Program-made: the position numbers and the translations under genes
Virus record (IMG/VR): IMGVR_UViG_3300017766_003232
Coordinates: 24,922 to 88,921 of that record
Strand: one strand, 5' to 3'
DNA from: a virus
Lineage: Duplodnaviria > Caudoviricetes
Length of the DNA stretch: 64,000 nt
The notes under the pieces: model-generated
Databases searched by the model: none
The model's input: only the letters and a program-made list of their open reading frames with translations
What the model was told of the DNA's origin: nothing
In this document: positions 10,703-18,465 of the stretch, piece by piece
How the letters are laid out: each line of letters opens with the position of its first letter
Position numbering within the stretch: the stretch's first letter is position 1

Positions 10703-10958
10703 ATTTATAATAATTATTACTACTTAAAGCTTTGATATGATCTTTTTGTATTTTTCTGAAAAATCTTTGTTTACGAATCATTGTTTTTCCAAATGTTCTA
10801 CATAGAATAATGTTTCTATGTTTACTATTCCAAGGTGTTTGATTGCTTTTCCAATTTTCTTCTTTTTCTTCATAATTTTTGTTTGAATAACTTAAAATGT
10901 TTGCACAATAGGCAATAAATGCTATAAATAGCATAATAAATGTAATTTTTAAAAACAT
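10683..10958 (-). CDS. hypothetical membrane-anchored protein
   Basis: N-terminal hydrophobic segment. Confidence 0.55.
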   Translation of the reverse strand: MFLKITFIMLFIAFIAYCANILSYSNKNYEEKEENWKSNQTPWNSKHRNIILCRTFGKTMIRKQRFFRKIQKDHIKALSSNNYYKYEEDGC

Positions 10959-10985
10959 AATGAAATTTTAATTGTTTAAAGTTAG

Positions 10986-11124
10986 CAGTCAGGACAGGAT
11001 TCGAACCTGTATGTTTGGATTCATTTACGTTGCCTCTACCACTTAGTACATTTCAACTAATTTGACAGGTCGTACCAAACTCTTGTTACCATGCAATAGC
11101 GTCTACCAATTCCACCACCTGACT
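10986..11124 (-). tRNA. tRNA-like element (class II Leu/Ser-type D arm; anticodon unassignable; 88-nt central region)
   Basis: 7-bp acceptor AGTCAGG/CCTGACT, D arm GTGG-AATTGGTAGA-CGC, T arm ACAGG-TTCGAAT-CCTGT; no canonical anticodon arm; no encoded CCA. Confidence 0.7.
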
Positions 11125-11153
11125 AAAAAACCAAAGTATACTACATTGTACTA

Positions 11154-11507
11154 CTATCTCTTACGAGCCTGTGATAGTTTAGCTGCCCATTCTCTTTGGT
11201 TTTTAATTTTTTCTTCGACATCTTTCTTTGTAAGTCTGTGGGCATATTGGTAATCCCACGCATCGCCTAAAGGTATATGAACCAACTCTAAAGGTGTCGT
11301 ACTAGCAACCATATATTGAGCATAGCCATCTGCAACTGGAAAGCGAATAATCTCGCCCACAAGTTTTTGTGTTGGTTTATGTTTAGTCAATATATCTTTT
11401 AGTTGATCCAAATATGCTTTTTGCTCTGCCATATTTTCCCCATGTGTATTTCCAAATTTCCATTGAGGAACTGCAATTGAACTTGGTGCTGCGAATATCT
11501 TTGCCAT
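11154..11507 (-). CDS. hypothetical phage protein
   Basis: 117 aa ORF. Confidence 0.7.
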   Translation of the reverse strand: MAKIFAAPSSIAVPQWKFGNTHGENMAEQKAYLDQLKDILTKHKPTQKLVGEIIRFPVADGYAQYMVASTTPLELVHIPLGDAWDYQYAHRLTKKDVEEKIKNQREWAAKLSQARKR

Positions 11508-11518
11508 GTCTTTTCTAA

Positions 11519-11662
11519 TTATTGTTCAACTTTCTCAATAACTACATCATCGTAGTCATCATCTTTATAACTAAATGCTAAATCTTCAGCATCACTTTTT
11601 GTTAGGTAGTAATTATTAACTTCAAAACCACCAACCCAAACTGTAAAATATTCCTCTTCCAT
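11519..11662 (-). CDS. small acidic hypothetical protein (MEEEYFTVWVGGFEVNNYYLTK...)
   Basis: 47 aa ORF read manually, below ORF-track cutoff. Confidence 0.55.
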   Translation of the reverse strand: MEEEYFTVWVGGFEVNNYYLTKSDAEDLAFSYKDDDYDDVVIEKVEQ

Positions 11663-11689
11663 ATCTTGTTCGTTTTATATTGTTATAGA

Positions 11690-11881
11690 AATATTTTGTG
11701 CTTGTTTATAAGTTCTTCTTAACCTGATTCTGGTAAAGCCCAGCAGAATAAGTAAACAACCTGGAATTAACTAATGTAAGGCTTCCAGAACTTTTTCCTT
11801 ACTGCACAAAATATTAATATTGGTACTGAGTAGACTAACCTATATTCATAAATATAGTGTTGCTACGTTCTCAATATTAAT
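11690..11881 (-). ncRNA. candidate structured non-coding RNA
   Basis: 12-bp closing stem, two 6-bp pseudoknot stems, a long interrupted stem, and a 10-bp-based hairpin with an AGUA/GAA internal loop (see findings). Confidence 0.65.
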
Positions 11882-11883
11882 GT

Positions 11884-12288
11884 TTAATCTTCATAATAAA
11901 AATTATCAAAATCTTCATCAAAATCTTCAATTTGTTGATTTTTTGTTTCGACAATATTTTGAGCTAATTTTTTTATTTGATCTTTTAAGTTTTTTGAAAT
12001 GTCAATCTGTTCAAGACGAATGTTTAGATATTCTATTGACAAAAGGGTAAATTCTTTATTATCAGAAACAATAAGTAAATCAAAAACTAATTCATTACCA
12101 TAATCATCTACAAGAATAATTGTATCGTCTCTTTCAATTATTTCTAATTCTTCTGTAGCATTATAATCTACTTGAATTATTTCTTCTTTAGTTTCAGATT
12201 TAAGTCTGTCTAATCGACTTAAATCTTTGTTTTTAAAAACTTTAGGAACAGTTGTATTTGGTTTTTTTGATAGGTAAACTTTTTCCAT
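11884..12288 (-). CDS. hypothetical protein
   Basis: 134 aa ORF. Confidence 0.65.
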   Translation of the reverse strand: MEKVYLSKKPNTTVPKVFKNKDLSRLDRLKSETKEEIIQVDYNATEELEIIERDDTIILVDDYGNELVFDLLIVSDNKEFTLLSIEYLNIRLEQIDISKNLKDQIKKLAQNIVETKNQQIEDFDEDFDNFYYED

Positions 12289-12290
12289 TT

Positions 12291-12734
12291 TTAAACTATT
12301 TGCAGATGTATGTAAGTAGAATCTTCGTCAATATGACCACCAAAAGTAGTATAATTTTTATTAAATTCATATTCATTTAATTCTTCTTGTAAAAAATTAT
12401 AATGTTTTACTTCATCATCTAAATTTTTTTTATTAAATTCTTTTATTGCTATTTCATTTGAGTAAGAGCAATCCATTGAAATTAAATAATTTTTGAAATA
12501 ATCTACTTTAATAATTTTTACAACATAATCGTTTTCATCATTTGAATATTCATATACCCAGGTTTTTAATTCAAAATATTTTTCTTCTTTTAAATTATTA
12601 GAATCAAATGGAATCCAATGTTTACAAATTGTTTCAGCTATAATTATTGCTGAATTTTTAGAATTAAATATTTCTATTGCTGGATCAGAATATCCTTCTC
12701 CATTTCCATGTACAATTAATATGTATTTTTCCAT
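12291..12734 (-). CDS. hypothetical protein
   Basis: 147 aa ORF. Confidence 0.65.
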   Translation of the reverse strand: MEKYILIVHGNGEGYSDPAIEIFNSKNSAIIIAETICKHWIPFDSNNLKEEKYFELKTWVYEYSNDENDYVVKIIKVDYFKNYLISMDCSYSNEIAIKEFNKKNLDDEVKHYNFLQEELNEYEFNKNYTTFGGHIDEDSTYIHLQIV

Positions 12735-12758
12735 ATGTATTTATTTCTATGGTTTTAT

Positions 12759-13010
12759 TTACCAATTTGAAACATTTGTAATACAATAATTATCACCAGG
12801 ATGTGCATTCATCCAATCTCCTTGTTGAAGATAAAATGTTTGTTCATTACCTGAACAAGAATTTCTTATTACTACAGAGTAATCCATTACATTATCACTT
12901 AGTATTAATCCACAATTACAAACTTCATTTTTTTTGTTTGGTGTAATTTCATCTTTTTTGCAACTTAATGCAATTATTGCAAATAATGCAATTGCTAATA
13001 ATTTTTTCAT
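12759..13010 (-). CDS. small lipoprotein
   Basis: signal peptide II with lipobox ALSC; further Cys residues. Confidence 0.7.
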   Translation of the reverse strand: MKKLLAIALFAIIALSCKKDEITPNKKNEVCNCGLILSDNVMDYSVVIRNSCSGNEQTFYLQQGDWMNAHPGDNYCITNVSNW

Positions 13011-13031
13011 AGTTTTAATTTATTTTATTAT

Positions 13032-13910
13032 TTAAAATATATAACGTATTGTATTCCAAGGTATTATTTTATTATGTAACTTAGTAAAAGAATTTATAAA
13101 ATCATTTTTTAAATGATGTTTATATCTAATGTTTTTACCACCATGTTGTGATATTTTATTTTCTTGTATTGTAGGAACCCATAAATATTCACTTTCTCCT
13201 GGAAGATTATTAAGTACATTGTAAATATGTTTATTTTCATTGTGAGTAAGAAATATAACTTCAGCTTTAACAATGTCTTTATAACTTACATAATCATTTA
13301 TCATATGAAATAGATTTTCATATTCTTCTAACCAATTACTTGTAACTATTACAGGACTAAAGTTAATATGAACATCATATCCAGCATCTATAAATGCATC
13401 AATAGCTTTAATTCTATCAATTATTTTAGATGTATTAGGTTCTAATAAATCAGCAAATGTTTGTGGCATTAAGCTAAATCTAATTCTAATTTTTTCTTCT
13501 GGATTATATTCAAGAAGTTTTGGATTTACATATTTAGTAGCAAATGTACCCATGGCTATAGGATGTTGCTTAAAAAAGTTAAATGTTTCTTCCCAATCCC
13601 AATGTTTAAGATGTAATGCCATGTCGGAATTACAACCTATATCATATGTAATATATTCAGAATGTGTTTGATTAGGTTTTTTTACATTTGTAAAATAAGC
13701 ATGATTATTTATAGTTGTAAGAATATCTCCTGTATTTTTAGCAATTGTTATATCTTCATTAACATGACGTTTGCAATAACAATATGTACATTCAAAGCCA
13801 CAACCAAAAATAAAACTTGGTGTCATAAAATCACTGGACCTACCAGATTCAGTGATTTTTAATGTTTTTCTTGTAACTTTTTTTATCATACATTTTAGAT
13901 ATTTTTTCAT
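13032..13910 (-). CDS. spore photoproduct lyase-like radical SAM protein
   Basis: CxxxCxxC motif (CGFECTYC); KSSDF-like and FATKYVN, IRFSLMP, GYDVHINFSP segments typical of SPL-family proteins. Confidence 0.85.
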   Translation of the reverse strand: MKKYLKCMIKKVTRKTLKITESGRSSDFMTPSFIFGCGFECTYCYCKRHVNEDITIAKNTGDILTTINNHAYFTNVKKPNQTHSEYITYDIGCNSDMALHLKHWDWEETFNFFKQHPIAMGTFATKYVNPKLLEYNPEEKIRIRFSLMPQTFADLLEPNTSKIIDRIKAIDAFIDAGYDVHINFSPVIVTSNWLEEYENLFHMINDYVSYKDIVKAEVIFLTHNENKHIYNVLNNLPGESEYLWVPTIQENKISQHGGKNIRYKHHLKNDFINSFTKLHNKIIPWNTIRYIF

Positions 13911-14271
13911 TTATACCATAATCAATTAAAACATAATCTAAGCTGTCATTTACACCCCAGTTCTTATAATTATATAAATCACAATTAGGTATATCAAACT
14001 CAGGTATTATATTCTTGATTTTGTGTACAACATATTCAGGAATTCTATTGATAGATGTATATTTTTTCATTATTATAATACCAAATCTTTCATATATTAA
14101 AGTTCCTAAAAAGTTTGTGTGTTTATACTTATCCCACATTTTCTTTTCATTCTTACATTGAAGATAACCTCTATAAGATATTGGAAGCTTTATAACTTTT
14201 TCTCTAAATATTAATACTAATCTTGTAGATATTTTTATTTTCATAATTCTTTTATAGTAGGTATTAAACAT
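13849..14271 (-). CDS. minimal protein-kinase-like protein
   Basis: VIKLP (catalytic Lys), QCKNE (helix C Glu), DLYNYKNWG catalytic loop, LIDYG (DFG equivalent). Confidence 0.65.
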   Translation of the reverse strand: MFNTYYKRIMKIKISTRLVLIFREKVIKLPISYRGYLQCKNEKKMWDKYKHTNFLGTLIYERFGIIIMKKYTSINRIPEYVVHKIKNIIPEFDIPNCDLYNYKNWGVNDSLDYVLIDYGINEKISKMYDKKSYKKNIKNH

Positions 14272-14891
14272 GTTTGACCTAAATCATCTACTTTAATTTC
14301 CCAGTTATAACTACACGTATCTAACCAAAATGATATATTTTTATATTCACCACCTACTCTTGTAGAAATAAGATCACATCCATTAATTTTTATATGATCA
14401 TTAATCATAGATAAATCAATATTATAACTTTGTTTAAGATATTTAGATACAATTGGTAGTTGTTCTGATGTACAAGATTTAAACATATTATCAACTTTTG
14501 ATTCAGTTAATTCAATATAATCTTCTAATGGATTGTTTTTACCCCATTCTTCTAAGGTATTTTTCCATTCTGAACAAGCTATTGAATGTATTTCTTTTAA
14601 ACCTGCTCTACTTAATTTTTGAATTTTCATTTTTTCTTCTTTTTTTAATTCTGAATGAGGTATTATTATATTTTTTTTTAATATTTTCCAATCTTCTGAA
14701 TCATTAATAGTAGTAAATGATAAATTAGGAAAATCTGTAAGTTTTTTATCAAATCTATCAAATGTTTGATCAAATACTATTGTATTTAATGGTATTCCAA
14801 AAAATCTAATAGTATATTTAAGTTCATATTCTACTTCTGGTTTAACATTATTTTTTATCCAGTTGTAATTTTTTTCATTTGTGTTTTCCAT
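14241..14891 (-). CDS. hypothetical protein
   Basis: 216 aa ORF. Confidence 0.65.
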   Translation of the reverse strand: MENTNEKNYNWIKNNVKPEVEYELKYTIRFFGIPLNTIVFDQTFDRFDKKLTDFPNLSFTTINDSEDWKILKKNIIIPHSELKKEEKMKIQKLSRAGLKEIHSIACSEWKNTLEEWGKNNPLEDYIELTESKVDNMFKSCTSEQLPIVSKYLKQSYNIDLSMINDHIKINGCDLISTRVGGEYKNISFWLDTCSYNWEIKVDDLGQTCLIPTIKEL

Positions 14892-14933
14892 TTTTTTAAT
14901 TTTAAGGTTATTTTTAAATATAATAATTAAATG

Positions 14934-14969
14934 AAAAAGGTTGATAAACTATTGTTTACCAACCTTTTT
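14934..14969. terminator. intrinsic terminator, potentially bidirectional
   Basis: AAAAAGGTTGATAAAC / GTTTACCAACCTTTTT inverted repeat immediately after the 14976 ORF stop. Confidence 0.7.
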
Positions 14970-14975
14970 AAATAA

Positions 14976-15539
14976 TTATTTACCTAAAACATCAGCAATT
15001 TCAGATGTTAAAGATGGTGTATTTCTTAATGTTTCTTTGAAGATAACATGAGAAGGTTCACCTGTTACAACTGTTGCATTACGGAAAATAAATTCTCCAT
15101 CTTTAGTTGTAATATAATCTCCATCTTTACCTGCTCTTTTAGCTGATTTTTCGATGTTCTCAATTTGGTATTTGCTACCTTTTGTTGTTTCAGTAATCTG
15201 AATGTTTAATGGAATGTTTTCCATACCAACAATACGAGGATTCAATAAGTTGAATTCAATCATATCTCCTTCGTTTTCTAATGAAGATAGATCTAAACCA
15301 AAGTTTCTTTCAATATCAACTGCTTCACCTGAAATCCAAGCACGACTTGCACTTGATGAAGTATTAAATCTATCATCAGATGCATTTAATAATGATAAAA
15401 TTGATTGAGGTCTTGATTCACCTGTTTCAACTATTTGAGCAAATTCTAATTGCACTTTATTTCCTCCTACTTTTTTAGCGTTAACTAATAATAATTCTCC
15501 TTTTACTAATTCTGCTACTGTTTTTGTAATTGCGTTCAT
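14976..15539 (-). CDS. hypothetical protein (possibly ssDNA-binding-like)
   Basis: 187 aa ORF with biased codon usage and its own terminator; function is a guess. Confidence 0.7.
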   Translation of the reverse strand: MNAITKTVAELVKGELLLVNAKKVGGNKVQLEFAQIVETGESRPQSILSLLNASDDRFNTSSSASRAWISGEAVDIERNFGLDLSSLENEGDMIEFNLLNPRIVGMENIPLNIQITETTKGSKYQIENIEKSAKRAGKDGDYITTKDGEFIFRNATVVTGEPSHVIFKETLRNTPSLTSEIADVLGK

Positions 15540-15790
15540 AATTTTTGTTTTTAAAATGTTAAATAATTAATTTTTGTTTTTATGCTCTGAGACAGATTTA
15601 TTATAGAATATTCTATTGACACTATTATTATTTTTGGTCATTGATATTGTATTGTAAAATCTAATACATCATTTCGAGCTTGATGATGTATTTTATAATT
15701 ATGCTTTACAGCAAATAATTCTTGATAATCACAACTTAGGATACAGTATTTTAACTGTATCCCTTATTGTTTCCCCTTAAAATAATGGGT

Positions 15791-15967
15791 TTAATGTTTT
15801 GTTCTAATTGGTTCAATTGTTTTGTTTATACAACAGAATACATCAGCATCTATATGTTGTAAATAAAACAATGTTAACGCTTCTTGCATTGAAGAAGCAT
15901 CAATGTTAATACCTTTTGAATAAAGTATTTCATTTTTATCGAAATATACTATGTGAAATGTTTTCAT
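15791..15967 (-). CDS. small hypothetical protein (MKTFHIVYFDKNEILYSKG...)
   Basis: 58 aa ORF read manually. Confidence 0.5.
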   Translation of the reverse strand: MKTFHIVYFDKNEILYSKGINIDASSMQEALTLFYLQHIDADVFCCINKTIEPIRTKH

Positions 15968-16218
15968 ATTAATGTTTAAATAAGATTATAAATGTAAAAG
16001 CTAAAGCTATTAAGATTAGTGATGTCCAGAATAATACTCTGGTAAATTCTTTTATTGGATCATTTTGCATATATTTTAATTTTAAGGATTTTGTGTTAAT
16101 AGAATATATAGTAACCATCTGATTAACAAATGGTTACATATATTCATGAACAAGGTAAAAGTCAATAAACCTTATTCGATGTAGGTATGATTCCGATCAA
16201 AGAAACATACCTTAAATT

Positions 16219-16464
16219 TTAGATTTGAGAGCGTATCTCTGCTCTCAATGATAGAATAGATGTCTCAGCATCTAATTGTGCATTAGTGAGCTCCAAAAGA
16301 GCATCAAATTCATTTTCGTTAATATCACGATCATGTAATTTGTTAAATGCATTGTTATAATCACGAATAGCATCAAATTTAAATGATTGAGCAATACGTG
16401 AAATAGAACTCTTAGTATCTGATACAATTAAAGTTCTTTCTTTGATTAAGTTTTCTATTGACAT
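16219..16464 (-). CDS. hypothetical protein
   Basis: 81 aa ORF. Confidence 0.65.
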   Translation of the reverse strand: MSIENLIKERTLIVSDTKSSISRIAQSFKFDAIRDYNNAFNKLHDRDINENEFDALLELTNAQLDAETSILSLRAEIRSQI

Positions 16465-16802
16465 AATACAGGTTTTAAGGGATTGTATTTACTAAAATCA
16501 ATTTGTTTGTTTACATATCTATTGTAAACTTTTAATAATGCATGAGCATTATTGTGAGCAACTGTGCGTACTCTTGCAATTCGATACCCTAGATCCACTA
16601 GAATAACGAATGATTTTGTTGTTTTCACTTACTTGTTATTTGATTTATAAAGTTTCTTCATATGTTTTAACATATCTTTTTCTACTTCTGTTTTAACAAA
16701 AACAGAATAATCAATGTTTACTTTTGTATGTAATGCATTGATTTCAGCTTGAATAACAGCTGGATTTACTTTTGATTTTTCTTTAATTGCCATTGTATTT
16801 AT

Positions 16803-17006
16803 TTAAAAGTTAATATTTGTTCTTATTAATGTATCATAATAGTCATAGTCTACTGCTGTGTCATTAATTGCAGATGTGTTATAGTCTATTGGTGGATACA
16901 TTTCATATGTTTGTTTAACCACTTTTAAAGTGGATAAATATTCTATTCCTATCAATAAGATTATTATCAATAAGAATAGAATTCCAAAAAATGTTTGTCT
17001 TTGCAT
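16803..17006 (-). CDS. small membrane protein
   Basis: N-terminal TM segment. Confidence 0.55.
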   Translation of the reverse strand: MQRQTFFGILFLLIIILLIGIEYLSTLKVVKQTYEMYPPIDYNTSAINDTAVDYDYYDTLIRTNINF

Positions 17007-17010
17007 ATCT

Positions 17011-17208
17011 TTATTTATTTATTAATTCTTTGTTGCATATCATACTTGATAAACTAACCGTAAATGTTATAAGTATTGCTTGTATTATACAAGACATTAC
17101 TCCATAATTACTTATTAAGAATGCATTACCAAGAGTAAAACATCCTTCTACAAACATTAATATTATTAGTCCTAGACTAATAGACATTGTATAATTAATT
17201 GTTTTCAT
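17011..17208 (-). CDS. small membrane protein
   Basis: two hydrophobic segments. Confidence 0.55.
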   Translation of the reverse strand: MKTINYTMSISLGLIILMFVEGCFTLGNAFLISNYGVMSCIIQAILITFTVSLSSMICNKELINK

Positions 17209-17243
17209 TTTATTATTATTTTAAGGTTTAAATTTTAAGTTTC

Positions 17244-17654
17244 TTACACCACTCTGATGCAAGAAACTTTTTGAGCCAACTCTAATCTATCACCTGATAG
17301 ACCATTCTTTAACTCATCAATAGTAATTGTAATCCAAGTACTATTGATATATTCAGCACCATCATACTCGTGTATGTCATATTGACAACCATCAGGTACT
17401 TCAACTATTGCTAATTGAGCATGTGGACCTGATGCTCTTTCAGAACCAATCTCTTCTACCACTTGAACAAGAACTTCATCAGTTCTTGATAACTCTAGGT
17501 AAGTTTCCTCATCCTCACCATCTATTTCATATAGTCCTCTACCATATGATTCTTCAAGCAACTCATAAGAAATTTTCTTTTTTTTAAGGTATAATTCTTC
17601 AGCTTCTAAGCTGATACCATAACCACCGTAGCATTCATTTACTAATACTTTCAT
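17244..17654 (-). CDS. conserved phage hypothetical protein
   Basis: KVLVNECYGGYGIS...RTDEVLVQVVEEIG...IHEYDGAE pattern common in phage proteins. Confidence 0.75.
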   Translation of the reverse strand: MKVLVNECYGGYGISLEAEELYLKKKKISYELLEESYGRGLYEIDGEDEETYLELSRTDEVLVQVVEEIGSERASGPHAQLAIVEVPDGCQYDIHEYDGAEYINSTWITITIDELKNGLSGDRLELAQKVSCIRVV

Positions 17655-17690
17655 AATTTTTTGTTTTAATTTTCAGTTAATAATATATAA

Positions 17691-17711
17691 AAGCAGGAAT
17701 TTCACCTGCTT
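17691..17711 (-). terminator. hairpin/terminator
   Basis: AAGCAGG/CCTGCTT stem just 3' of ORF 17719-17910, followed by a T-run on the minus strand. Confidence 0.55.
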
Positions 17712-17718
17712 ATTAATG

Positions 17719-17910
17719 TTAATATGCACTCTCTAAAGAGCTATAAGATTCAATTACACCTAATTCTTTGATGTAATCAATTAACTCAGGATTAGTAGCT
17801 TGTAGAATTTTAACTTCTTCTTTAAGTTTATTTCTTTTAGCTACTACAAGCATTGTCTCTAACTGTTCTATAGTAGCATTTTTTAATTTACCAAATCTAA
17901 TTGCTTTCAT
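17719..17910 (-). CDS. hypothetical protein
   Basis: 63 aa ORF. Confidence 0.6.
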   Translation of the reverse strand: MKAIRFGKLKNATIEQLETMLVVAKRNKLKEEVKILQATNPELIDYIKELGVIESYSSLESAY

Positions 17911-18122
17911 TTTTTTAGTTTTAAGTTTATATAAATGCCTTAATTTTTAAGTACATTCTTTTATTTTAATACATCAAATGTATCAAATAAGGTGATAGTG
18001 ACCTATCAACCACTTGAACATCAACACATTACAATAATTTAGTATAACATTTGTATACTATTTTATACATATGTTTTGTATTGTAATTATGTGAGTTCTA
18101 TCTAATACTTGGAGTTACTAAA

Positions 18123-18142
18123 AGACACCCAAATGGGTGTCT
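18123..18142 (-). terminator. hairpin/terminator
   Basis: AGACACCC-AAAT-GGGTGTCT perfect 8-bp stem right after the ORF 18148-18465 stop. Confidence 0.6.
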
Positions 18143-18147
18143 AAGAC

Positions 18148-18465
18148 TTAGTAGACGAACACTTTTTGTTCACCTTTGGTGACAGACCAGTCTTTACCTT
18201 GAAAAATACCAGACTCATCTCGAGTCGCAGTGAACATCGCAACTGTTAACTTCGCATCGTTGTCCATACCTTCCTCTAACTTGCTTCTTCGCACTGGCAA
18301 GTAGATCATCTCTCCGTTTTCCTCCAACTCGATTTGGTTATACACCTCATTGAATTGATATTCACCTGGAAGAAGTGTTCCGATGATTGAAGATTCTGCG
18401 TACAATGGCGCACCAAAGGATTTTACTCCAAGATCTTTTAGTGCAGAAAATAAACTCGTTTTCAT
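18148..18465 (-). CDS. hypothetical protein, first gene of the leftward early block
   Basis: 105 aa ORF, visibly more GC-rich than the rest of the window. Confidence 0.75.
   Translation of the reverse strand: MKTSLFSALKDLGVKSFGAPLYAESSIIGTLLPGEYQFNEVYNQIELEENGEMIYLPVRRSKLEEGMDNDAKLTVAMFTATRDESGIFQGKDWSVTKGEQKVFVY

Noticed and set aside
11011-11098. Group I intron in the tRNA-like element
   Set aside because: The excess of about 55 nt is far too short for a group I core, and no P7 motifs are visible
11715-11750. Twister/pistol ribozyme similarity (GGTAAAGCCC on plus; ATCAGGT on minus)
   Set aside because: The twister P4 loop needs GG-UNNN-AAGC-CC, but only two nucleotides are present and the partner AGGG-type strand is missing; pistol P1/pseudoknot/AGCG elements are not in the required order
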